Source of the DNA: Bacteroidaceae bacterium
GTDB taxonomy: Bacteria; Bacteroidota; Bacteroidia; Bacteroidales; Paludibacteraceae
Assembly (NCBI GenBank): GCA_963622445.1
Contig: CAVFHY010000002.1
Span: 1-58,926 of the forward strand
DNA: 58,926 nt
Direction of reading: 5' to 3'
Below the pieces are notes generated by a model. That model was not told the origin of the DNA. It did not search any database and was given only the letters and a program-made list of their open reading frames with translations. Position numbers and translations under genes: made by a program. This document shows, piece by piece, positions 8,305 through 17,032 of the stretch. Each line of letters begins with the position of its first letter. The stretch's first letter is position 1.

Positions 8305-8312
8305 TAACTTTG
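8305..8312 (+). promoter_or_regulatory. Candidate -7 box TAACTTTG for the PUL regulator gene
   Basis: TAnnTTTG match ~70 nt upstream of the ATG at 8380. Confidence 0.45.
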
Positions 8313-8379
8313 TGCGCTGATAGGTAACTTCGTGTGCGAAGAATATATACATTGTACACGGAGATACTTGTGTACGGAT

Positions 8380-11220
8380 ATGAAAGGAAAACGGCTGATA
8401 ATCATTTCGGGACTGCTAGTGGCTTGGGGGCTGACAGCAGAAGGTGCGTATAATGATAGCGGGTATCGAGCGGAATGGGTGCCGGTAACAGAAAACTATA
8501 CGCCAGACGACTACAAAGCCGGGACCCAAAACTGGAACATCCTACAACATCCCAACGGGTGGATATACGCCGCCAACAACTATGGGGTGCTCGAGTATGA
8601 CGGCGCACGCTGGCATCTCTACGGCATCGGGAACTCAACCGTGGTGCGCGCCCTTGCGACCGATACCGAAGGGCATGTCTACGCCGGCGGAACAGATGAG
8701 TTCGGGTATTTCACGCCCAATACATTCGGCGGGTTGGACTATCACACGCTGACCGAACAGATACCCGAACGATACAAGCAGTTTGGCGAAGTATGGCGTA
8801 TATTCCCCTCCGAACAATGCCTCTATGTACAGACAAGAAACTATATCTTTCTGCTCTACCAAGGCGGACACACGGAGGTAATTGACCCAGGAGATGTGAT
8901 ACGGACTGCCTTGCTTGCGAACGGGGAATTCTATGTTGCTACTGCGCACAATGTATTCATTCTCAGCGCAAACCGGCTGCATGCGCTGCGGGGGACAGAG
9001 GCTATTCAAGGGGCTGTGGTCTGCGCCCTACTGCCCTACGGCGACCAGATACTCATCGCTACAGACTTCAAAGGACTATACACCTACGACGGAGAAACAC
9101 TGAAGCGACTGCCGACCGAGGCGGACCGCTTCATCACCAACAACCAACTCTACGCTGTAGCACTGAATAAGTACCACATTGCCCTCGGCACTGTGCGTAA
9201 CGGGCTGGTACTAACGGACTTGGATGGACGAAACTGCGTCTATCTAAACCGCGACAACGGACTACAGAACAACACGATACTGAGCCTGCTCTTCGACCGG
9301 CAAAACGACCTATGGATCGGATTAGACAAAGGTATCGACTGCATACGACTGATGTCTCCTGTGCGTGTACTGAACAATATACGAGACGATTACGGTTCCG
9401 GGTATGCGGCGATCGAATACCAAGGGAGCCTGCTACTCGGCACGAACCAAGGAGTATATCGCATAGAGGGAAACACACCAAAGTTGATAGAGAACTCATT
9501 GGGGCAAGTATGGAACATCAAAGAGACAGACGGGCGATTGGTCTGCTGCCACAACCGAGGGTTGTTTGAGATAACCGGCAACCGTCTAACGCCTATCGAG
9601 GAGGGAGATGGCGTATGGAATGTGCGCCCGTACGCCCGCAGCCGCTACGCCATTGCGGGGACTTACACGGGCTTCTCCCTGCTGCAACGGAACGGGGAGC
9701 GCTGGAGCATCGCACACCTAAACGGATTCAACGAGACGGCTCTCTACTACCAAACGGACTATCAAGGAAATATATGGGTACTCTCGTCGCAGGGCGTCGA
9801 ACGGCTACGGGTGGATATAGACAAACGGCAGGTACAGCGTGAGGTGGTGATAGCCTGCCCCTCGGCACAACAACACTATTCGCTTGCATGCGTGGGCAAC
9901 GAGGTGATTGTATCCTCAGCCATGTATCTCGGGCGAGTGGACACAACAGGAGCACTGTGTGAATGTACGCCCGAAGAGGTGGGTGTGCCTGCTATCGGAC
10001 GATATTTACAGATAAAACAAGACGAGGCGCATAACCTATGGTTCATCACAGACGACAAACTCTTCATTCGCCCGTGGAATACAGCGGAAGGAAAGTATGA
10101 GGCAGCACAAGAGCGTATGGAATACGGTGCGTTCATGATAGGCGGCTTTAGCAATATCCATTTCACCCACAGCGGACAGGCTATCGTAGGCGGCATAAGC
10201 GGTTTTCGGCAGATAGAGTCTGTACAGACCCCTCCGCACGAATGTCCGCAGGCAGACCTCTACATACGCAGTATACGCAGCCTCAGCCCCAACGAAAAGG
10301 AACTCTACGGAGAATCATACGCCGAGCGGCAACAGCGCATCGACCTGCCAACGGGTGTCTATTCGCTACACATAGAATACAGCGGGAATACCGAGAGCGG
10401 CAGCCATACCCGCTATGCTACTCGTCTGCGCCCTTCAGAGAAAGAGTTCTCGCCCGCCACAGCCGCCACGGAACGCGACCTGACAGCCCTCGCACCAGGG
10501 AACTACACACTGGACATCCGTATGTTCACTCCGACAGGAACGACAGAAAGGAGCATCGCAATAACCATTGCACGCCCGTGGTACAAGAGCGGATGGATGA
10601 TCGTACTCTATGTCGTAGCGGGTATCGTATGCGGATTAGGTATAACATGGTGGGTACGACGAGAGATACGACGCAACAAAGAGCGTATCGAAGCAGAGAA
10701 AAACGAACAACTTCGGGCGCAAGAGATGCAGATACTGCAATTAGAGAACGACAAAGCACAGTTTGACCTGCGCCAAAAGAGCCAAGAACTGAGCCATATC
10801 ATTCTCTCGGAGAATACCCGCAAAGAACTGACCGAGTCGATACAACGGGAACTGAGACGCACCATAGACTGCCTAAACCAAGGCGAAGAAGCCGATGCGA
10901 AAGTGCGACTGCAAAACCTGCTGCAACGACTGGCAACCAACACCGACGGAACAGTGGACTGGAGCCGGTTCGAAGACAACTTCGACATCGTAAATGACCA
11001 ATTCATCCGACGACTGACCGCCAAGTATCCATGGCTCAACAAACAAGAGAAGCGTCTCTGTGTCTATATCAAAATGGGTCTGCAGACCAAAGAGATTGCG
11101 CCACTGCTGAATATATCGCCGCGAGGCGTGGAGATGATGCGGTATCGGTTGCGGCAGAAAATGGGGCTCGATACACAACGGAACCTGAAAATGTACTTCA
11201 ACAATGAAGAATTGTCTTAG
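8380..11220 (+). CDS. Transmembrane one-component regulator: periplasmic beta-propeller (Reg_prop) repeats + Y_Y_Y domain, one TM helix, coiled coil, C-terminal LuxR/GerE HTH
   Basis: Signal-like MKGKRLIIISGLLVAWGLTAEG. The ORF track starts 16 codons earlier at 8332. Propeller-type repeats (NWNILQHPNGWIYAANNYGVLEYDG...). Y_Y_Y-type region (YSLHIEYSGNTES...YATRLRPSEKEFSP...GNYTLDIRMF). TM helix WMIVLYVVAGIVCGLGITWWV. LuxR HTH LNKQEKRLCVYIKMGLQTKEIAPLLNISPRGVEMMRYRLRQKMGL. I saw no HisKA, HATPase or REC motifs. Confidence 0.85.
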   Translation: MKGKRLIIISGLLVAWGLTAEGAYNDSGYRAEWVPVTENYTPDDYKAGTQNWNILQHPNGWIYAANNYGVLEYDGARWHLYGIGNSTVVRALATDTEGHVYAGGTDEFGYFTPNTFGGLDYHTLTEQIPERYKQFGEVWRIFPSEQCLYVQTRNYIFLLYQGGHTEVIDPGDVIRTALLANGEFYVATAHNVFILSANRLHALRGTEAIQGAVVCALLPYGDQILIATDFKGLYTYDGETLKRLPTEADRFITNNQLYAVALNKYHIALGTVRNGLVLTDLDGRNCVYLNRDNGLQNNTILSLLFDRQNDLWIGLDKGIDCIRLMSPVRVLNNIRDDYGSGYAAIEYQGSLLLGTNQGVYRIEGNTPKLIENSLGQVWNIKETDGRLVCCHNRGLFEITGNRLTPIEEGDGVWNVRPYARSRYAIAGTYTGFSLLQRNGERWSIAHLNGFNETALYYQTDYQGNIWVLSSQGVERLRVDIDKRQVQREVVIACPSAQQHYSLACVGNEVIVSSAMYLGRVDTTGALCECTPEEVGVPAIGRYLQIKQDEAHNLWFITDDKLFIRPWNTAEGKYEAAQERMEYGAFMIGGFSNIHFTHSGQAIVGGISGFRQIESVQTPPHECPQADLYIRSIRSLSPNEKELYGESYAERQQRIDLPTGVYSLHIEYSGNTESGSHTRYATRLRPSEKEFSPATAATERDLTALAPGNYTLDIRMFTPTGTTERSIAITIARPWYKSGWMIVLYVVAGIVCGLGITWWVRREIRRNKERIEAEKNEQLRAQEMQILQLENDKAQFDLRQKSQELSHIILSENTRKELTESIQRELRRTIDCLNQGEEADAKVRLQNLLQRLATNTDGTVDWSRFEDNFDIVNDQFIRRLTAKYPWLNKQEKRLCVYIKMGLQTKEIAPLLNISPRGVEMMRYRLRQKMGLDTQRNLKMYFNNEELS

Positions 11221-11255
11221 AGGATAAAGACAAAACAACAGACTAATCACAAATA

Positions 11256-11290
11256 AATCGGCGTATAGGCTTGGTGTCTATACGCCGATT
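11256..11290. terminator. Bidirectional terminator hairpin between convergent genes
   Basis: AATCGGCGTATAG-GCTTGGTGT-CTATACGCCGATT forms a perfect 13-bp stem. It lies between the regulator stop (11220) and the stop of the minus-strand gene (11322). Confidence 0.8.
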
Positions 11291-11321
11291 CTTGTTCTAT
11301 ACTGCAATGCTGCTGTTACTA

Positions 11322-12440
11322 TTATTGCTGGCGGGTGCCGATAGCGTTGTAGCGGGTGCCGTCCCTGGTGATGACAAGTTGCCCATTCTCGATAGTCTTC
11401 TTTACGCGGGAAGTAGAGACGGTTGCATCTATGATGCCGGAAGTACCTTGCTTGTAGAAATACACATTGTCGATATAGCAAGTCGCCGGCATCGCAGCCC
11501 ATTTCAGTTGGTATATACCGGCTGCGTTAATCCCTGCAAAGTCGGTCGCAAGGTCTATATCCAATGCATTCCAACCTGCTACAAGGGTATAGGTATGCAG
11601 CGCCTCTTTGCCCCAAATCGGTGTAAACTGAATCGTCCCTGCCTCAGCCACATAGACATCCATATGCAGCATCGGATAGTCAGATAGTGCCGCAATAGCC
11701 TGATTGCTATTCAGTTCCCAGCCCATATAGTTGCCCGTTGTGCAGTAGTACGCCTTGTCGTCATCCGCAAGGTTCACTTCTTGAATAGCGGTCGTCTGCC
11801 CCCAACTGCCAATAGCCATCACCGTACCGGCCGTATAAGCGTCCGAGTAAATGGAGAATACATCGGCAGCAGCGTATATCGGAGCGGTTGCAGGAGCCGG
11901 GTGCGTCACGGGATCCGGCGTTACGGCGTCGCCCACCTCCTTGATAGAGATGTTCGAAATCGTGATTTGCGTACCGGCAGCCGCATAGCCAAAGTCAAAC
12001 ACAAGAATCTTGTTATTGTCTTTCACGCCATTGCCTTGTTCAGAGATAAAGGTATAATCTGTGTTTGCAGGCAACTTAATCGTCTGATTGGCAAATACCA
12101 CCTCTGCATTATCATCCATCTTGAGCGTAACACCGCCCAACTCTTTGTTCGAGTGGAACTTCACCGACACGATGTATGCCTTCGTCTCGTCGAATGCTAC
12201 ATTGTGGTTCAGTTTTACCTGTCCTTGCCACTGAGCCGACAGGCCATTTTTGATATCCACCGAGAGGATTCCAGTCGTGGCATCGTAGGTGACGGTGCTG
12301 GTCTTGTCTTCTGTCCAATTGGGTGCAATGTAGGTATAGTTTATTGACGCCTGTGAGGGGTCAAACAGTTCCGTTCCATCAGCCCAAGCCGCTGCCGCCA
12401 TACAGAACAGAGCAGCCACAAAAGTAAAAACTTTTTTCAT
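11322..12440 (-). CDS. Secreted non-catalytic protein: CBM-like beta-sandwich + 'VYFYK' module + T9SS C-terminal sorting domain
   Basis: Signal peptide MKKVFTFVAALFCMAAAAWA. C-terminal KKTIENGQLVITRDGTRYNAIG (T9SS type-A CTD style). The C-terminal ~185 aa are paralogous to the C-terminus of the 1034-aa neighbour. Confidence 0.8.
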   Translation of the reverse strand: MKKVFTFVAALFCMAAAAWADGTELFDPSQASINYTYIAPNWTEDKTSTVTYDATTGILSVDIKNGLSAQWQGQVKLNHNVAFDETKAYIVSVKFHSNKELGGVTLKMDDNAEVVFANQTIKLPANTDYTFISEQGNGVKDNNKILVFDFGYAAAGTQITISNISIKEVGDAVTPDPVTHPAPATAPIYAAADVFSIYSDAYTAGTVMAIGSWGQTTAIQEVNLADDDKAYYCTTGNYMGWELNSNQAIAALSDYPMLHMDVYVAEAGTIQFTPIWGKEALHTYTLVAGWNALDIDLATDFAGINAAGIYQLKWAAMPATCYIDNVYFYKQGTSGIIDATVSTSRVKKTIENGQLVITRDGTRYNAIGTRQQ

Positions 12441-12512
12441 GATCGTTTTGTGTTAGTTCGTGTGTTGTATTATTGTCATTTTATGTATTCTTCGGTGCAT
12501 GAATCAAAGACA

Positions 12513-12548
12513 CTACCTCACAGTTCTCTCTCGAGAACTGCAAGGTAG
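12513..12548 (-). terminator. Imperfect 16-bp hairpin between the 1034-aa and 372-aa genes
   Basis: CTACCTCACAGTTCTC..GAGAACTGCAAGGTAG, with 2 mismatches in the stem. Confidence 0.4.
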
Positions 12549-12563
12549 TATTGTCCTATATCA

Positions 12564-15500
12564 TTACTCAATCACTTGCCCCATAGCATTGTAGCGGATG
12601 CCGTCACGAGTGATGACAAGTTGGCCATTCTCTATGGTCTTCTTTGCGGGAGAAGTAGAGGAAGTAGCGTCTATCATTGTAGTTTTGTCTTGCTTGTAGA
12701 AATAGACATTGTCGATGAAGCAAGTAGCCGGCATAGCAGCCCATTTGAGTTGGAAGATAGTTGCCAAGTCTATTGCTGCGAAGTCCGACTTAAGGTCGAT
12801 ATTGAACACATTCCAACCGGCGGCAAGGGTATAGGTCTTAACTGCCTCACCACCTGTCCAAATCGGCGTGAACTGAATCGAGCTTGCCTCCTCTACATAG
12901 ATGTCTATATGGCAGTACGGGTAGTCGGTTACATCAACGGTTGCACCCAATTCCCAGCCGAGATAGTTGCACTTGGTATAGAACAGAGCCTTGTCGTCCG
13001 TAGCCAATGTAACCTCGGTTTCAGCGGTCGTTTGGCCCCAACTCCCCATGGTGCGTGCAACAACCGGTGTGTAGGCATCGGAATAGATTGCCTTTACATC
13101 ATCCGCCGTGACAGTAGGTGCTACAGCCGCTGTTGGGAGTGCCTTGGTCGTGAACGACAGCGTTTCTACATTGGCAGCCGCATTGCCTGCCTCATCGACG
13201 GCTTTCACAGTAAGTGCATAGTCCGTATCTGCTTCAAGACCCGAAACGGTGAAAGTAACAGCCGTGGCAGAAGCAGCGTTTTGTGTGGCTATCTGCAATT
13301 CGCCGTTGAGGACTTGGAATATAACTGCACCCGAGTTGTCGGTAGCCTTCGCCGTGATGTCCACCGATACATAAGAAGGCGTTGCCGATACTGTGAAGTC
13401 GGTCGGTGCCTCTGTGTCCACATCGGGCGCTTGGGTGGTATAGAAATAGATATTATTGAGCCAGAAGGTCTTGTTCGAAGCGTTGTCTATCTTGAGTTGG
13501 AAGACATTGGTCCAGTCGGTAACACCGGCAAACTCGGTAAGAGGAATATCAAAACTGTTCCATTGTTCGCCAACGACAGACTTGGTAACACCGACTTCTG
13601 TACCACCGTGAATCGGAACGAAGCGCAAGGTCATATCCTCTTCGCACCATACATCAACATGGAGAGCCTCCATAGAAGCGCAGTTGAGTGCAAAATCAAT
13701 CAAACCGAAATAGCCAGATGCAATGGTGGTAAACTTCTTGCCGTAGGTATCTTGGGTATAGGCAGTGCCGCTTCCCCAGTCACCAAAGTTGCAGTCTGCC
13801 GAATAGGTAGCCGAATAGATGGCTTTCACTTGGTCTGCCGGGTAGGTGGGAACGGCAGGAAGAGCCTCCGGTGCGGTCTTGTGTGCAGGGGTGGTAACCT
13901 CCACATTCTTGGAGTTGTCCGATTCGTTGCCTACGAGGTCGAATGCCGTAATGGTGAAATTGTATGTGGTAGATGGCGTTAGATCCGTAACGGTAATGTT
14001 GCCATCCTTAGCGGTGCATTTGGCGTCAATGCTATTCGTAGCGTCCACTACATGATAGGAAGCCACGCCTACATTGTCGGTAGCCGAAACAGCGATAACG
14101 GCTGTGTTGTAGGTATTGGAAACCAAAGCGGCCGATACCATAACCGGCTTCTCCTCATCAGCCGGCGCAGTGGTCGGTGTACCAAAGACTTTCATCTCGA
14201 ATATCTTCATACCATACTGGGTGGCTGCCTTGGTGCTGTAGAAGCGTACATAGCGTACTACCGAAGCATTCTTAAGGTTGTCACCGTATATCAAGTCGGT
14301 ACGCCCGTCAATACCGGCAACACCCACATAGTTGTAGGCTTCATTCCACGTGGCGTTATCCACCGAGCAGTCGATATGGTACTCCTGCGAACAAGCCCCC
14401 TCGAAGAGAATCGAGATAAAGTTAAGGCTGTAGTAGTCGCCCAAATCGAGCGTGAACCACGAATCGTAGGTACGCGAGGTCTCATCAGCGGCTGTGCTAC
14501 CCGTAGCAGAACCTTGCCATACACTACCTTCATTGCCATCAACGGCATAGAAAGCATCCGTACCACCTGTACCCATATCGGATTGTGCAATCACCTTGTT
14601 GTCGGTGGAGATATTGGTACTGAGGGCTACATTGGTACCCTCGTAACAGAAGAGGCTGACAGGGTCGCTGCTGACGCTGCCCGAGATAGCCGTAATGGTA
14701 ACAGCCCCTAACTTGGCAGCCGTGAAGACACCGTCTGCAACCGTACCTGCGTCTGCGGGCGACACCGTATAGGTAATCTCCGCCTCCATGGTTTCGCCAT
14801 CTTGGTCTTTGGCCGTAGCGGTAAGCGCCACCGTCTCACCGACCTTAACGATGTCGGCTGCCGACTTGAGCGTGATAGTGGTCAGCGTCTGCTCCTTTTT
14901 CTCGAAAGCACGCAACTCCCAGAAAGAGTAGCCATAGCCCGTCGCACGCTCGATGCCATAGAAACGCACATACTTGGCATTCTGCTCGCCAACCGAAAGA
15001 GTCTGCAAATAGGGGAAGCCCGATAGGGTTTGGTCGGTAACGGCACTGATAGCGGTCCAGGTCGTGCCATCGTTGCTGACCTCGAGGCGGAAACTCTTGG
15101 CATACGCGTTCTCCCAAAGGATTTGCACCGTATTGAATTGGCTCTGCTCTGCCATCTCGCACATCCACCATTGGTCATCCGTATGGTCGGACTCCCAGCG
15201 AGTACCCTCGTTGCCGTCATTACCGTTGGAAGCCGTACCCGAGGAGGCAGTAGCCGTCTCGTTGAGCACTACATTGTCCTTTTGGGCGGCAGCACCATCG
15301 GCATAGTAGACATGGAAGACAACGGTGCCCTGCGCATGCACGACCGTCACCTCGGTCTCTTGTGCCGTAAAGGCAGAGAGGTGCAAAATAATACCTGCAC
15401 CCTGAATATCACTCGACACCGAACAGGAAGAAATACCCGAAGGGAAAGTCATGTAGATACCCGCCTCCGAAGCAAAACCGGGTTTTTGGATATTCACAAC

Positions 15501-15668
15501 GCTAAGACCGTCAACGGTCTCTACCTTGTACTTGTTGGAGTAAGCACCTCCGCCGACACCATCGCCAACGAAGACATACTGCGACCAATCAACGGCTGCA
15601 AAAGCCGTTACTGTTGCACATAGACACATAAGCGCTATGGCAAATAATCGAAAAGATACCTTTTTCAT
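12564..15668 (-). CDS. Large secreted multi-module protein: 2x F5/8 type C (discoidin/CBM32-like), Big_2, 2x FN3-like, 2x 'VYFYK' modules, T9SS CTD; no catalytic domain recognised
   Basis: Signal peptide MKKVSFRLFAIALMCLCATVTAFA. Discoidin-type NGNDGNEGTRWESDH..QWWMCEM...FRLEVSNDGTTW and AVDGNEGSVWQG...YHIDCSVDNATW. Big_2-type ITLKSAADIVKVGETVALTATAKDQDGE. FN3-like PVMVSAALVSNTYNTAVIAVSATDNVGV.. and TDFTVSATPSYVSVDITAKATDN... C-terminal KKTIENGQLVITRDGIRYNAMG. Confidence 0.85.
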   Translation of the reverse strand: MKKVSFRLFAIALMCLCATVTAFAAVDWSQYVFVGDGVGGGAYSNKYKVETVDGLSVVNIQKPGFASEAGIYMTFPSGISSCSVSSDIQGAGIILHLSAFTAQETEVTVVHAQGTVVFHVYYADGAAAQKDNVVLNETATASSGTASNGNDGNEGTRWESDHTDDQWWMCEMAEQSQFNTVQILWENAYAKSFRLEVSNDGTTWTAISAVTDQTLSGFPYLQTLSVGEQNAKYVRFYGIERATGYGYSFWELRAFEKKEQTLTTITLKSAADIVKVGETVALTATAKDQDGETMEAEITYTVSPADAGTVADGVFTAAKLGAVTITAISGSVSSDPVSLFCYEGTNVALSTNISTDNKVIAQSDMGTGGTDAFYAVDGNEGSVWQGSATGSTAADETSRTYDSWFTLDLGDYYSLNFISILFEGACSQEYHIDCSVDNATWNEAYNYVGVAGIDGRTDLIYGDNLKNASVVRYVRFYSTKAATQYGMKIFEMKVFGTPTTAPADEEKPVMVSAALVSNTYNTAVIAVSATDNVGVASYHVVDATNSIDAKCTAKDGNITVTDLTPSTTYNFTITAFDLVGNESDNSKNVEVTTPAHKTAPEALPAVPTYPADQVKAIYSATYSADCNFGDWGSGTAYTQDTYGKKFTTIASGYFGLIDFALNCASMEALHVDVWCEEDMTLRFVPIHGGTEVGVTKSVVGEQWNSFDIPLTEFAGVTDWTNVFQLKIDNASNKTFWLNNIYFYTTQAPDVDTEAPTDFTVSATPSYVSVDITAKATDNSGAVIFQVLNGELQIATQNAASATAVTFTVSGLEADTDYALTVKAVDEAGNAAANVETLSFTTKALPTAAVAPTVTADDVKAIYSDAYTPVVARTMGSWGQTTAETEVTLATDDKALFYTKCNYLGWELGATVDVTDYPYCHIDIYVEEASSIQFTPIWTGGEAVKTYTLAAGWNVFNIDLKSDFAAIDLATIFQLKWAAMPATCFIDNVYFYKQDKTTMIDATSSTSPAKKTIENGQLVITRDGIRYNAMGQVIE

Positions 15669-15769
15669 GGTTGAAATTGAATTAGTTAGTTATTATGTTA
15701 TGTTGTTTGCTTGAATGATGCGTTTGTATTGCTATGGAGTGTTTGGCACACGACAGCAAACACACCGGC

Positions 15770-16897
15770 TTACTCTACGACGGTACCTAAAGCGTTGTAG
15801 TAGATGCCATTGTGGAGGATAAGGAGTTCGCCGTTGCGAATTACCTTTTGGGCGTGACGGGCCAAGGTCTCGACTGCCTCAATGGCTGTGGAAGAATCCT
15901 GACACAACTGCGAAGCCGTTACTTCAAAAGGATTGGTAACCCACTGACCATCGCCCAATGCCGGCGTATGCCAGAAGACATTGCAAGTAAAGTCCAAACC
16001 GGCGAGTTCGTCGAAAACCAACTCGGTGGTAACGACCGTACCTGCATTCTTGGTTCCGACCTCTTTTGCTACACCGTTAATCTCTACATGATACCAGTCG
16101 ATAACCGTTTCGCTGTTGGTCAGCACCTTGACGCCAATGGAAGTATCACTCTTCTTGGTGATAGTCAGCAGGATACGACCTGCTGGGTCGCCAAAGTCGG
16201 CATTACCGAGATGCCCCGTGGGGAAATCGCAATAGGTAAGGCTCGATGTGGTGAAAGACACCTCCTTGTAGTTCTCGGAGAGCAAACCCGTGGTTTTCAG
16301 GGCATAGATTTGGAGCGTATAAGCCGTGCCGCTCGCAAGCCCCGTTACAGTAATCTGTCCGTCTGCGGGAACGAAAGAGCCGAGTTTGGTCTCACCGCTC
16401 TGCACCTGATAGAGCGCAATACTGTCCGCCGGGGTTGCCGAGACGGCTATGACTGCGCTGTTGTGGGTGGCACTGACGAAAGTGGCACTCTCCATGACAG
16501 GCGCCTTGGTGTCCTGCTCGCCATCGCCGCAAGTACTCCACTCGATGTCGCTCAGCGTACCGAAATTGACCTCACCCGGCATCAAGACATAGAGCGGGGT
16601 GTAGAAAACGGGGTCGGATTCTGCGGCTATGGAGCAGACCAGTTTGGTGGGGGTGTTGGTCGTAATCGTGGTACGGATATCCACCGCCCCCGGGTTGAAG
16701 AAAGTACCACCAAAGCCTGCCAAATTTTCGCCCTCGACAGTCAGGCGATAGTTGCCCAGCGAGAGTTTCTCGCACGAAAGATAAATCGTGTTCGTCCCTT
16801 GAGTCAGTTCTTCGTGGCAGTACACCTTGGCAAAGCCACACTCTGCGCCGAACAACGCGGCGGAAAGCAGAAGAAATGAAAGTAGATTTCTTTTCAT
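15770..16897 (-). CDS. Secreted protein with a central FN3-like domain and T9SS CTD (function unknown)
   Basis: Signal peptide MKRNLLSFLLLSAALFGAEC. FN3-like KAPVMESATFVSATHNSAVIAVSAT... shares AVIAVSAT with the 1034-aa protein. C-terminal QKVIRNGELLILHNGIYYNALG. Confidence 0.8.
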   Translation of the reverse strand: MKRNLLSFLLLSAALFGAECGFAKVYCHEELTQGTNTIYLSCEKLSLGNYRLTVEGENLAGFGGTFFNPGAVDIRTTITTNTPTKLVCSIAAESDPVFYTPLYVLMPGEVNFGTLSDIEWSTCGDGEQDTKAPVMESATFVSATHNSAVIAVSATPADSIALYQVQSGETKLGSFVPADGQITVTGLASGTAYTLQIYALKTTGLLSENYKEVSFTTSSLTYCDFPTGHLGNADFGDPAGRILLTITKKSDTSIGVKVLTNSETVIDWYHVEINGVAKEVGTKNAGTVVTTELVFDELAGLDFTCNVFWHTPALGDGQWVTNPFEVTASQLCQDSSTAIEAVETLARHAQKVIRNGELLILHNGIYYNALGTVVE

Positions 16898-17032
16898 GAC
16901 TGTGTATTTGATTTAGTTAACATATATAAGTTGCCTATCCCTTGCGTAAGGGTTGCTTATCCCTTGCTGATAAGGTGCTTTTCGGTTGTTTGTAGATTTT
17001 AATTATTCCTATTGTTGGCAGGGGCGTAATAG

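Noticed and set aside
8332-8379. Sixteen extra N-terminal codons (MCEEYIHCTRRYLCTD) on the regulator
   Set aside because: The Met at 8380 is followed directly by a signal or anchor-like hydrophobic segment. The upstream codons are Cys-rich and lie close to the predicted -7 box.
12576-13982. 468-aa plus-strand ORF, plus similar ones at 14052-14711, 15030-15623, 15812-16879, 17036-18178, 19332-20483, 20502-21302, 25561-26046, 26098-26658, 29637-30704 and 30739-31731, all antisense to PUL genes
   Set aside because: Every one lies fully inside a minus-strand gene with strong family evidence. The products are R/G/V-rich, have no signal peptides or motifs, and show no independent promoter context.
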